64,000 bases of DNA from Dendrobates tinctorius. Taxonomy: Eukaryota. Both the position numbers and the translations under genes were made by a program. Below the pieces are notes generated by a model. The model was given only the letters and a program-made list of their open reading frames with translations. It had not been told where the DNA came from and made no database searches. Location: the NCBI RefSeq assembly GCF_039654945.1, contig NW_027361709.1, positions 6,386,001 through 6,450,000 on the forward strand, written 5' to 3'. Positions 52,548 through 64,000 of the stretch are shown here, piece by piece. Position 1 is the stretch's first letter. The number at the start of each line of letters is the position of its first letter.

Positions 52548-52869
52548 GTAAGGCGAGCGCCTCCTCCCGGGAGGGTGACACCGAGCACCGCGGCGGGAGG
52601 GGAGGCCGCATCCTGGTGGACGACCCCCGTGGAGGCCTGAGAGAGGAGCGGAGGCCCAGGGCGGGGAGACCCCACTACAGAGCCGCTCTCAGCCCCGTTA
52701 TCCCGGGACACTCCACGGAGATCCACGCCCGGCACCGAGAGTGTCCGGTATCCTGCCCCAACCGTGACCGCTGAGGAGCGGGGGAGGGGCCGACAACTGC
52801 TCAGCTGGACCGCAGGGAAGGGTGTCAGTGCGGCCACACAGCCAGCAACATGTGCGGTAACAACTGCGG

Positions 52870-55318
52870 TAATACTGCCCCTATACACAGGAATATACCT
52901 ACTATAATACTGCCCCTATACACAGGAATATACCTACTATAATACTGCCCCTATACACAGGAATATACCTACTATAATACTGCCCCTATACACAGGAATA
53001 TACCTACTATAATACTGCCCCTATACACAGGAATATACCTACTGTAATACTGCCCCTATACACAGGAATATACCTACTGTAATACTGCCCCTATACACAG
53101 GAATATACCTACTATAATACTGCCCCTATACACAGGAATATACCTACTGTAATACTGCCCCTATACACAGGAATATACCTACTATAATACTGCCCCTATA
53201 CACAGGAATATACCTACTATAATACTGCCCCTATACACAGGAATATACCTACTATAATACTGCCCCTATACACAGGAATATACCTACTGTAATACTGCCC
53301 CTATACACAGGAATATACCTACTATAATACTGCCCCTATACACAGGAATATACCTACTATAATACTGCCCCTATACACAGGAATATACCTACTATAATAC
53401 TGCCCCTATACACAGGAATATACCTACTATAATACTGCCCCTATACACAGGAATATACCTACTATAATACTGCCCCTATACACAGGAATATACCTACTAT
53501 AATACTGCCCCTATACACAGGAATATACCTACTATAATACTGCCCCTATACACAGGAATATACCTACTGTAATACTGCCCCTATACACAGGAATATACCT
53601 ACTATAATACTGCCCCTATACACAGGAATATACCTACTATAATACTGCCCCTATACACAGGAATATACCTACTATAATACTGCCCCTATACACAGGAATA
53701 TACCTACTATAATACTGCCCCTATACACAGGAATATACCTACTATAATACTGCCCCTATGCACAGGAATATACCTACTATAATACTGCCCCTATACACAG
53801 GAATATACCTACTATAATACTGCCCCTATACACAGGAATATACCTACTATAATACTGCCCCTATACACAGGAATATACCTACTATAATACTGCCCCCTAT
53901 ACACAGGAATATACCTACTATAATACTGCTCCTATGTACAAGAATATACCTACTATAATACTGCTCCTATACACAGGAATATACCTACTATAATACTGCC
54001 CCTATACACAGGAATATACCTACTATAATACTGCCCCTATACACAGGAATATACCTACTATAATACTGCCCCTATACACAGGAATATACCTACTATAATA
54101 CTGCCCCTATACACAGGAATATACCTACTATAATACTGCCCCTATACACAGGAATATACCTACTATAATACTGCCCCTATACACAGGAATACACCTACTA
54201 TAATACTGCCCCTATATACAGGCATATACCTACTATAATACTGCCCCTATACACAGGAATATACCTACTATAATACTGCCCCTATGTACAAGAATATAAC
54301 TACTATAATACTGCCCCTATGTACAAGAATATAACTACTATAATACTGCCCCTATGTACAAGAATATAACTACTATAATACTGCCTCCTATGTACAAGAA
54401 TATACCTACTATAATACTGCCCCTATACACAGGAATATACCTACTATAATACTGCCCCTATACACAGGAATATACCTACTATAATACTGCCCCCTATACA
54501 CAGGAATATACCTACTATAATACTGCCCCTATACACAGGAATATAACTACTATAATACTGCTCCTATATACAAGAATATAACTATTATAATACTGCTCCT
54601 ATGTACAAGAATATAACTACTATAATACTGCCCCCTATGTACAAGAATATAACTACTATAATACTGCCCCCTATGTACAAGAATATAACTACTATAATAC
54701 TGCCCCCTATGTATAAGAATATAACTACTATAATACAGCCCCTATGTACAAGAATATAACTACTATAATATTGCCCCCTATGTATAAGAATATAACTACT
54801 ATAATACAGCCCCTATGTACAAGAATATAACTACTATAATACAGCCCCTATGTACAAGAATATAACTGCTATAATACTGCCCCCTATGTACAAGAATATA
54901 ACTACTATAATACTGCCCCCTATGTACAAGAATATAACTACTATAATACTGCCCCCTATGTACAAGAATATAACTACTATAATACTGCCCCCTATGTACA
55001 AGAATATAACTGCTATATTACAGCCCCTATGTACAAGAATATAACTGCTATAATACTGCCCCCTATGTACAAGAATATAACTGCTATAATACTGCCCCCT
55101 ATGTACAGGAATATAACTGCTATAATACAGCCCCTATGTACAAGAACATAACTACTATAATACTGCCCCTATGTACAAGAACATAACTACTATAATACTG
55201 CCCCCTATGTACAAGAATATAACCACTATAATACTGCTCCTATGTACAAGAATATAACTACTATAATACTGCTCCTATGTACAAGAATATAACTACTATA
55301 ATACTGCCCCCTATATAC
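52870..55318. repeat. 35/36-bp satellite (same family as 1-11860) in rab7a intron 1
   Basis: Starts as variant tatacacaggaatatacctactataatactgcccc and converts to the canonical unit after ~54280. Confidence 0.98.
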
Positions 55319-56609
55319 TATACATTTGCTTTGTTCTCTTATACTGCTCTTTGTTGCACGGTTTCTTACTTTACCGTATAATAGCAGTTATATTTTCCCG
55401 TCGCTGTGATGGTGGGCGCTCTGCAGGCAGCGTTGCGTTGTGTGACGGCTCCTCGCTGAAGCACGCTGTGGGTGTTTTGCCCGCCCACTTTGTGGAGGCC
55501 GCATGTAACTTTTTATTGTTCAGTGGCAGAAACCCCTTTAACGCCGATGTCTTATTTTGGGGCTCATGTGAACCCTTATGTCGGAGTGGAGCCCCTCTAT
55601 TAACTGCAGCTTTTTGTTCTGAGGGTCTCGCTGGCCTTAGTTACATGGGGGCCCGGTTACCTGGACGGTCTCCCGTTGTTGGCCGCACTTTGTTGTTGCT
55701 CCTATTGTTTGGTCTTATTGTGCGGCATATGGCCCCCGTCGATTCCCATGTGCCGTCCGTCCTGTGAACCTGTAACTGCGGGGGGGGGGGGGGGTGTCTC
55801 CTATGTCCAACGTTTAATTCCTCTTTTCCTGTGATCCTATATTTCTCTTTCATATTTTAGCATATTTTATTTCTGCCCCTTTTTTTTTCCTTTTCCCCCT
55901 TTTCATTGCGGAAATATTTGGTTCTGCCACTGTTTGTTGTGTTTTGCAGGCGTCACTTGTTCTTGTCGGTGTTATTGACTAGAGTAGTAATTAAATCCAC
56001 ATTGGCGGCCGTGCTCCTCACCTCGTCCTTCCTCTTCCTTACTTCCCTTTTGTCATTGTTGCATGGAGGGGATCTCCGCTTTGGGCTGTCCTTGCTCATC
56101 ACACAGGAGCGATGCTGATCGATCAGTTGCGAAGAATCATCTGGCTGTAAGGGTTCAGTTTCCCTGCAGTGCCCCTGCAGGGGGAATGGAGCGTTACACT
56201 TTCATTGGTCGACCGGACGATCTATGCTGCTGTTTTGCTCCTATCCGTTTTTCGGCTCATTCTCTTGTTGTTGCCTTGTAGGGTCTGACATCATTATTAC
56301 GACCCCCTTGAGCCTCGGGGGGCTTTCTTTTTGGCTCGCAGTGACTGTAGTTCAGTATTCAGTTGGTGTAACGGGACCTGGGGAAATGTGACCCGGGCAC
56401 TTGGTACATGACACATCCAGGCGTTGTGCAATGCTGCGGAGCGTGCCTGCTGTTTATTGCTCGGTGATTGGCGGGTGCTGAGGATTTTCCTGATGACGGG
56501 CGCAGGTTTGCTTTTCTGTTCTCCTAAAAGTCACGAAGGACGGAGCTCATTGATTTATGGTGGAAACTGTCCGTTATATTCACAGCAAGGTTAGTGGTGA
56601 GTCCCTGGT

Positions 56610-57428
56610 GCTGGACTCGCTATTTATGGGGAGGGGGGGGACGTCTGAGGCTGGGCTCGCTATTTATGGGGAAGGTGGGGGGGACCCCCGAGGCTGGGCT
56701 CGCTATTTATGGGGAAGGTGGGGGGGACCCCCGAGGCTGGGCTCGCTGTTTATGGGGAAGGTGGGGGGGACCCCCGAGGCTGGGCTCGCTGTTTATGGGG
56801 AAGGTGGGGGGGACCCCCGAGGCTGGGCTCGCTGTTTATGGGGAAGGTGGGGGGGACCCCCGAGGCTGGGCTCGCTGTTTATGGGGAAGGTGGGGGGGAC
56901 CCCCGAGGCTGGGCTCGCTGTTTATGGGGAAGGTGGGGGGGACCCCCGAGGCTGGGCTCGCTGTTTATGGGGAAGGTGGGGGGGACCCCCGAGGCTGGGC
57001 TCGCTGTTTATGGGGAAGGTGGGGGGGACCCCCGAGGCTGGGCTCGCTGTTTATGGGGAAGGTGGGGGGGACCCCCGAGGCTGGGCTCGCTATTTATGGG
57101 GAAGGTGGGGGGGACCCCCGAGGCTGGGCTCGCTGTTTATGGGGAAGGTGGGGGGGACCCCCGAGGCTGGGCTCGCTGTTTATGGGGAAGGTGGGGGGGA
57201 CCCCCGAGGCTGGGCTCGCTGTTTATGGGGAAGGTGGGGGGGACCCCCGAGGCTGGGCTCGCTGTTTATGGGGAAGGTGGGGGGGACCCCCGAGGCTGGG
57301 CTCGCTGTTTATGGGGAAGGTGGGGGGGACCCCCGAGGCTGGGCTCGCTATTTATGGGGAAGGTGGGGGGGACCCCCGAGGCTGGGCTCGCTATTTATGG
57401 GGAAGGTTGGGGGGGGGGGGGGGGGACC
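56610..57428. repeat. 43-bp G-rich VNTR in rab7a intron 1 (gaggctgggctcgctgtttatggggaaggtgggggggaccccc), ~18 units
   Basis: Direct reading; 43-aa periodicity in the ORF track. Confidence 0.97.
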
Positions 57429-58451
57429 TTGACAGTCTAGCACCGCTACCGCATCGCCTCCTGTCTGCCCCCATAGATTGTCGCTGTCTGTAATAGGGCA
57501 GCCATGTTTCCTCCAGTATAAAGTTATAGCAATGTCTATCTTGAGACACCTCCTTTAAGATGAAGCTTTTAGGCGGGGATGTCTGTTTATCCTGGACCCC
57601 CAACTCCGGTCTGGCGTCTTTTGGGGGAGAGACCCAGCCCCCCTACTCCTGTATGTGACGCCGGCTTCTTTCTATGAGGCTGACCCATCGATGGCGAGCA
57701 AAAAAACCAATCCCACTCGGCGTTCCGGAATGGGGTGACAAATGTGAATAGCGCTGAATGGTTGCTATAGGTAACGACTCGTCGATGTTAACTATTCCTG
57801 ACTCATATTTGTTTCAGACAGATCTCATTTTGGATGTTTCCAGAATAAGACATCGGACGAGTGGTACATGAGCAACTTTATACAAACTTTGCATCTGAGT
57901 CACAAACTGATGGCTCCGATAAAGCCGTGATCAGGCCTGGATTGTTCATGCATCCATGTGACTCTCGCCTGAGACCGATCCTACACTGAGTCTCCCCCCA
58001 GTGACTGGTTAGCGCGGGGTTAATGCGTCTTCTTTTCGGTCTGTCTATTGTTTTGTGCTGTTTGCAATGAAATGTGATTTTTGTAATCTACTAGGAGTGA
58101 ATGCTGGGAGTTGTAGTCTCGCAGCATCTGGAGATCCTCCAATTACTTAGGCCAGTAGCTTTGCAGCAAGTCATAAATCGAGCAGCCGGCTGCAGCAGCG
58201 GAGAACCTGATGGTCGTCTCTTGCAGTCTGTGCTGCGGCTGGCGCTCTCGCCGTGGGTTCTCCTGCCCATGTGCTGCGGGTTTTCACGCCGGATCATTCG
58301 GCCTCTTTGTTCACACGTGCCGTCCCCTCCCTTGTGACTCAAGCAGCTGATGAACCACATGATCCTCCCTACAAGAATTAAGTCTGGGCAGCAGCGGTTA
58401 ACCCATCGAGAGCCAATACATGATCCATCCATTGCCATTCCTGTATGTATG

Positions 58452-58501
<50 letters not shown>

Positions 58502-58905
58502 GAGCCACTTCTCCAAAATTTCTGCACACGGCGCATAACGCTTGCTATTAGGACTAGGATTTTCCTAGTGAGCACAATCCTGCTGACAGGTTCCCTTTAA
58601 AGGGCCGCTCCGGGTTTGTCTGCCGTGATATCCAGCACAGGGGATGTCACTCCTTACACTGATGCATTGCTCGTGATGTGCGCTCTGTGTGGCTGAGCGT
58701 GCATGTGTGCAGTATTGAGAAATGGGGTAGCGGCCGCCCTCATTGCCTTAGACATGTGGCTTTATGCTGCATATGATGGGCTTTATTTCTCACGTGTGCC
58801 CTTGATCAGTGCTGGTTCTGCTGCTCCACTTCTGGGTTAGGGGGCTTCTACTCTTCACCCGTGACTAGTGCTGTGCGGAGGGGGCTGGCTGACTTCGTTG
58901 CCTAA

Positions 58906-59304
58906 GGCTACTTTCACACTAGCGTTTTTTTGCGCTGCGTGCACAGTCCAAACGCATACAAAAAACGCATCAAGCGTTTTGCATGCGTTTGCTTATTTTA
59001 TGCGCATGCATTTTAACCACTTTGTGGCCATATTGACTCTTAAAACACATGCAATTTTAAACATGCCCACGCCTGCGTTCCCGTAGACTGTAATGTTATT
59101 TTTTTGCGTGCATGCATTTTTTTGAGACAGGTCGGATGGACCAAAAATACAACGGGTTGTGTCTGGCGCGCCTGAGCGCACACTACAAAAAAACGCATGC
59201 AAACGCTAGACTATGCGCCCCCCCCCTGTTAAAGATAGGGGCTCAGGACGTATGCGCATGTCAGCGCACGATGCACTACGCTAAACGATAGTGTGAAACC
59301 AGCC
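58906..59304. mobile_element. PIF/Harbinger-type MITE
   Basis: TAA target duplication (58903-5, 59305-7); TIRs GGCTACTTTCACACTAGCGTTT / reverse complement GGCTGGTTTCACACTATCGTTT. Confidence 0.8.
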
Positions 59305-60087
59305 TAAGCCAGCCCCGTCTGCAATTATACTGTAACAAAGGGGGCTGGCTCGGCAATTGCAACCAGTAGTCAGCCCCCTCCGCACACGGCGTCAGTCACG
59401 GGCCTATAGAGGAAACCTTTCCTGTATTGAACCCAAACCCCCCAATTGGAGCTTTGGGCCACATCTGCAAAAAGGCTGCAGTCAGCAAGTGGCTAACTTT
59501 GATATTGCTCTGCTGCCCCCGCCCCTTTAAGCTTAATTGACACAAGTGGAAACCCCCTCTAACCCTTGCAGGGTTCTGCCGCAGCGCTGCCCATAGACAT
59601 AAATAGACCTCGGGGAGCTGCAATCCTGGAGGGAGACTGATGAGCAAGTGAATAATGGAGGAAGTGATTCTGGTGAAGCAGCGGCTCTGCGGAAGCGGCT
59701 CCGTCCTCCTAGTCGTGGGCCCTGACTGTATATAATGGCAGGGATGGGCCGGACCTTTCATCTATCAATCCGGAGTGCTACGCCCAGCACGTCGCCATCA
59801 CGGCAGCAGAATCTCACAGTACTGAAATACCGGACCAACCTCATGGTAAGAGGGATTCCTGCCCCTCTATATAGACTGAGCAGCTCCTCAGTGCTCCTTG
59901 TACTGTCGCCTGGGGCTTGTAGGAGGCCGCCTGACACCGGGCGCCCGCGATCTGTGGCCGATAAATCTGATATACTGTACAATGCAGGCAGCAATGGCGA
60001 TCCTGTCTGACCGCAGCGGGCGGCCACTGAGTATAACCAGATCTGTGCAACACTATAGAGTGATGGTCACTAATGAGGACATGGGGT

Positions 60088-60370
60088 CAGAATCGTGAGT
60101 GCAGCTCTAGAGTATAATACAAGATGTAACTCAGGATCAGTAATGTAATGTATGTACACAGTGACTGCACCAGCAGAATAGTGAGTGCAGCTCTGGAGTA
60201 TAATACAGGGTGTAACTCAGGATCAGTAATGTATGTACTCAGTGACTGCGCCAGCAGAATAGTGAGTGCAGCTCTGGGGTATAATACAGGATGTAACTCA
60301 GGATCAGTAATGTATGTACACAGTGACTGCACCAGCAGAATAGTGAGTGCAGCTCTGGAGTATAAGATCT
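60088..60370. repeat. ~81-86-bp tandem repeat x~3.3 (ggatcagtaatgtatgtacacagtgactgcaccagcagaatagtgagtgcagctctgg...)
   Basis: Direct reading. Confidence 0.9.
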
Positions 60371-60970
60371 GGTGTATATCCCTCTACATTTGGCTTCCTG
60401 CAATTGATGTTGACATTTCTGTTCCCTTTTCCCCGTATTTCTGGCTGTTTTCGGTGACTCAGCCGCACGTGTGGGTGACGCGGTTGGGCAGGACATGAGC
60501 CGGTTTCTCACATTCCAGTCACTACTTATTGTCAGGTGTCTGTTCGGCTCTGCTGCATCGTCCGGTCATATAACCTGCAGCTATTAATGTGACGTTCGGT
60601 CTCCTGGTATTTCTCCGGCTTTTTTCTCCATTACTCATGTAAATCTCTGTTTTGTGAGTGACGTTTCATGTTACTTGCACTCGTCCCCGGCCGTGTCCTC
60701 ACAACTGACGGCTCAGTGTCGAGATCTTCTTCTTCGCCCTCCTGGACCTGACGACTGAGGTTTGTTCTGCTGCTTTACTTGACGTGCAGGGGATTGCTAA
60801 ATCAAGGGGTCAGCGAGCTGTGAAACTACAACTCCCAGCATGCCCTGAGGCCTTAGTAGAAGCTTTCTTGAAACCTTTCCTGGCCTGACTTTTAGGAAGT
60901 GTAGAGCCTAAGAATGGGGCAGAGTGTGTGATTAGAAGGTTGCGTCTTATTTCTTATAGCGCCTCTGACG

Positions 60971-61093
60971 CTGCTGCAGATGGTCCCGTGGGTTGGGGGT
61001 CTCGGCCACTGACCCTGCTGCAGGTGGTCCCGTGGGTTGGGGGTCTCGGCCACTGACCCTGCTGCAGGTGGTCCCGTGGGTTGGGGGTCTCGG
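60971..61093. repeat. 44-bp tandem repeat x~2.8
   Basis: ctgctgcaggtggtcccgtgggttgggggtctcggccactgacc at 60971, 61015 and 61059. Confidence 0.9.
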
Positions 61094-62626
61094 TTCATCA
61101 TTGTTCGGTTGCCAGATTTCAGTACCTGTGGAACTCGCTTGGTGTCTTACACAGGCGTCACGTTACTCGTCATCGGACCCTTAGTCACAGTTCCTCGAGC
61201 GCTCGTATTATTGACCCCACATCATCTTATGTCCAGGAGGAGGATGGGGGTTGTTTACTTGGCCGGAGTCCTATTCCTCCTTCCGTGCTGACAAGGACAC
61301 AAACTCCGTTTACAAAACCTGCAGACGGTGCAGAATAATGGTGCAACCTTTCTCCTCTTGAATAGCTGCAATCCAGGATCCAGATAGCGGTCTGATGGGC
61401 GATCCCAGGCTCTGCCTCTGGACAGGAGAGGCGCTGTTGTGCACCGGTGTTGGCCTCTGTCGCAGGTGATCGGCTATTCCACACCTGGCTGCCCGTGGTC
61501 TGTAGAGCTCGCTGCCATTCCTCAGGTGTGACCGGTGACGGCTTTATGCTTTCATGCTCCTCTGCTTTTTTTTTTTTTTTTTTTTTTTTTTTTTGGCCTC
61601 CTCCCCTGAACAGAGGAGCCCGGTGTGTGTGCAGCCATAAATGTTCCCGAGAGAATTCTATAAGTTAATGGCTGATAACAGGGAACAACAGGTTGCATTT
61701 AACTAGACACAATTTTTGGAGACCTGAATGACTGCAAGAAAGGGGTCCATTCATTACACCCGTCCTCAGCGAAGGTATTAGAATAGGCCGATGGGATCTG
61801 GTCAATGGGCGTCTGACACCTGGCTCCACCGACGATCAGCCGAGCCTGCACCAGACGGATGTGAGGACAGTGCCACACACTCTGTAGTGACCGTACTCGG
61901 TACTGCAGCTCAGCTCCTATCGAAGTAAATATGATCCCAGCTGCAATACTTAGAACAGCCACTACATGGCGCTGTTCCCGATCTGGCGGCTGCCGACCTC
62001 CACGGTATATGATGCTGACAGCACAAATAAAGGGAAAGTCATCAGTGTCTTGGTTGTGGAACATCCCTTTAAGTTACTCGAGAGCAGGTTTTGTATACTT
62101 TGAGGTCGGGTGATTCCAGCGGTCACCGGAAGCGGTCAGGGTGGGATCAGCTGACAGAGGCAGCCGCAGACCTCTCCTCCCGGGCAGCGGAGGCACAGAC
62201 TGTATATACTGACAGCGCACATCAGAGTACACAGCACCCGCTGCCATTGTGTATGATTAATATCGGGGTGACGTCACCGGATGCCTCCTCCGTCCTTTCC
62301 TTATCTGCCCTCATCTCTGACAACAACTTGTTTTCGTTCCATTTATTCCCCCTGGTCTCATTAACATCACATGAATAGGTCCCTCTTAAAATCCTCTGCA
62401 CTGCTGTGGAATACACCCCTTGCTCTACATTCATCCATCCCACTTTTCCTCCGTTAATGCAAGAACAGACCAGTCACTGCATGGTTAATGCATTGCTTAA
62501 ATACTTTGTGCTGCGGTGACTCCTTGCATCATGACACCTACCGTGTCACACCATGAGTCAGGGTCGCGTTGCTCTTGGTAATCGCTCTTTTTTTCCCTTC
62601 TCTTCACAGATTATTTTCTTTGAAAG

Positions 62627-62679
62627 ATGACGTCCAGGAAGAAAGTGCTTCTGAAGGTCATCATCCTGGGAGACTCCGG
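62627..62679 (+). CDS. rab7a: Ras-related protein Rab-7a, first coding exon (exon 62610-62679; gene continues beyond the window)
   Basis: Polypyrimidine tract + ttcacag| then tttgaaagATG; encodes MTSRKKVLLKVIILGDSG (Rab7 N-terminus and start of the P-loop GDSGVGKT); donor GG|gtgagt at 62680; 53 coding nt. Confidence 0.95.
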
Positions 62680-62833
62680 GTGAGTGCGAGCCGCCTGTGA
62701 CCCTTGTCTGCACAAGATGGGAAAGCTGCGGATTTTACCTGCAGATAAAATCCACAGGCGAGAGGGTGGTTTTACGGATCACAGTGCTGTGGAAGGTTTC
62801 TACTTGGGATCATCCTGCTGTGCGGATGTCTAA

Positions 62834-63727
62834 ATCTGTACCTCAAAAACATTTCTAGAATTCGACCTTTTCTTACTTTTGACTCTGCAAAAACAATTAC
62901 TGTTTCTCTTATTCATTCTCGTCTCAACTATTGTAACTCTTCTAATCGGTCTCCCTCTTACCAAACTCTCCCCTCTCCAATCTGTCTTGTATGCTGCAGC
63001 CATGATCAATATTCCTCACCAATCGTTACACAGATGCCTCTACCTTGTGCCAGTCATTACACTGGCTACCCATCCACTCCAGAATCCAGTGCAAACTTAT
63101 TACCCTCACCCACAAAGCCCTCCATGGCTCAGCACCACCCTACATCTCCTCCCTTGTTTCAGTATACCACCCTACCCGCGCCCTCCGTTCTGCTGATGAC
63201 CTGAGGTTAGTATCCTCAATAATCAGAACCTCCCACTCCCGTCTCCAAGACTTTACACGTGCCTCGCCAATTCTTTGGAATGCACTTCCCAGGTCAATAC
63301 GATTAGTCCCCAATCCCCTCAATTTTAAGCGTGCCCTGAAAACGCATTTATTCAGACTGGCCTATCGCCTCAGCACATTAACCTAATCTATCCCTGTGTG
63401 GCACAGCCAAAAGTTTTACCATAACCAGGTTCCCCGCATCATTCTCCCACATGCTTTATGCATCCATTAGCCCTCTGTGTCTGTACTGTTACACACTTAA
63501 CATTATGGCTGGTCCATACAATCAGGGCAACTGTTACCACCCACCTTTCGTGTCTCCCTCTTTCCTCATAGACTGTAAGCTTGCGAGCAGGTCCCTCATT
63601 CCTCTCGGTATCTGTTATAATCTATGTGATTATTGTTATGCTGTAATGTCTATTGTCTGTACAAATCCCCTCTGAAATGTAAAGTGCTGCGGAATATGTC
63701 GGCGCTATAGAAATAAAATTTATTATT
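62834..63727 (+). mobile_element. 3' fragment of L2 LINE in rab7a intron 2 (same subfamily as 12476-14507)
   Basis: Near-identical to 13634-14507, including the 3' UTR and aataaaatttattatt tail. Confidence 0.93.
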
Positions 63728-64000
63728 AATCTACAACACATCAAAGATCCCCCTCACTGTATAGCACATTATTTGACATCTTGGAGATGTTGCACTTTTA
63801 TATTTTGTGGAATGTGCAACAAGTGAGAACTGAGATTGTTCCGATAACTTTTCTTCCCTACAAGGTTTACCTTATAGATTACATCTTTGGCAATTTGGTC
63901 CTAGATTTGGGGTTATGAAACTTGATAGACGTCTGCTGCCGCTCCGCTTTGTGAAATAGACTGGATGGGGTAAACCCCAACATATCAGAATTCCCCTCGA

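Noticed and set aside
56557-57493. Three overlapping ~250-300-aa ORFs
   Set aside because: 43-bp VNTR; the same peptide cycles through all three frames
58458-58498. (TA)n microsatellite (also ~38213-38244)
   Set aside because: Ordinary simple repeats

Overview
Vertebrate genomic DNA, most likely from an anuran (frog). This is inferred from the L2/Tc1/piggyBac-MITE/Penelope repertoire and the 'tatgtacaagaatataactactataatactgcccc' satellite. Two housekeeping genes lie head-to-head, as RPN1 and RAB7A do in human. The first is a complete rpn1 (ribophorin I, OST subunit) on the minus strand: 9 coding exons, 28056->16376, 1785 nt, 594 aa. The second is the 5' end of rab7a on the plus strand: a CpG-island promoter and non-coding exon 1 at ~52.4-52.5 kb, and the first coding exon at 62610-62679. 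Roughly a third of the window is tandem repeat (35/36-, 21-, ~26-35-, 27-, 43-, 77- and ~30-45-bp units). Most of the rest is transposon: four L2 LINE copies, three Tc1 copies or remnants, an internally deleted gypsy LTR element, MITEs and Penelope-like remnants. Most interesting observations: (1) a ~190-unit 21-bp array directly upstream of the rpn1 promoter in which many units read as a near-consensus CTCF motif, all in one orientation and convergent with CTCF-like sites just 3' of rpn1; (2) a near-intact single-ORF L2 with a 2A/StopGo-like peptide ([14 protein letters not shown]|P) and a tandem-monomer 5' region; (3) three hammerhead-ribozyme-like cores; (4) a 503-bp insert with a 13-bp target duplication and a spacerless 174-bp palindrome; (5) an apparent exact intron difference in rpn1 versus human. 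All functional claims are sequence-based inferences; no database searches were run.
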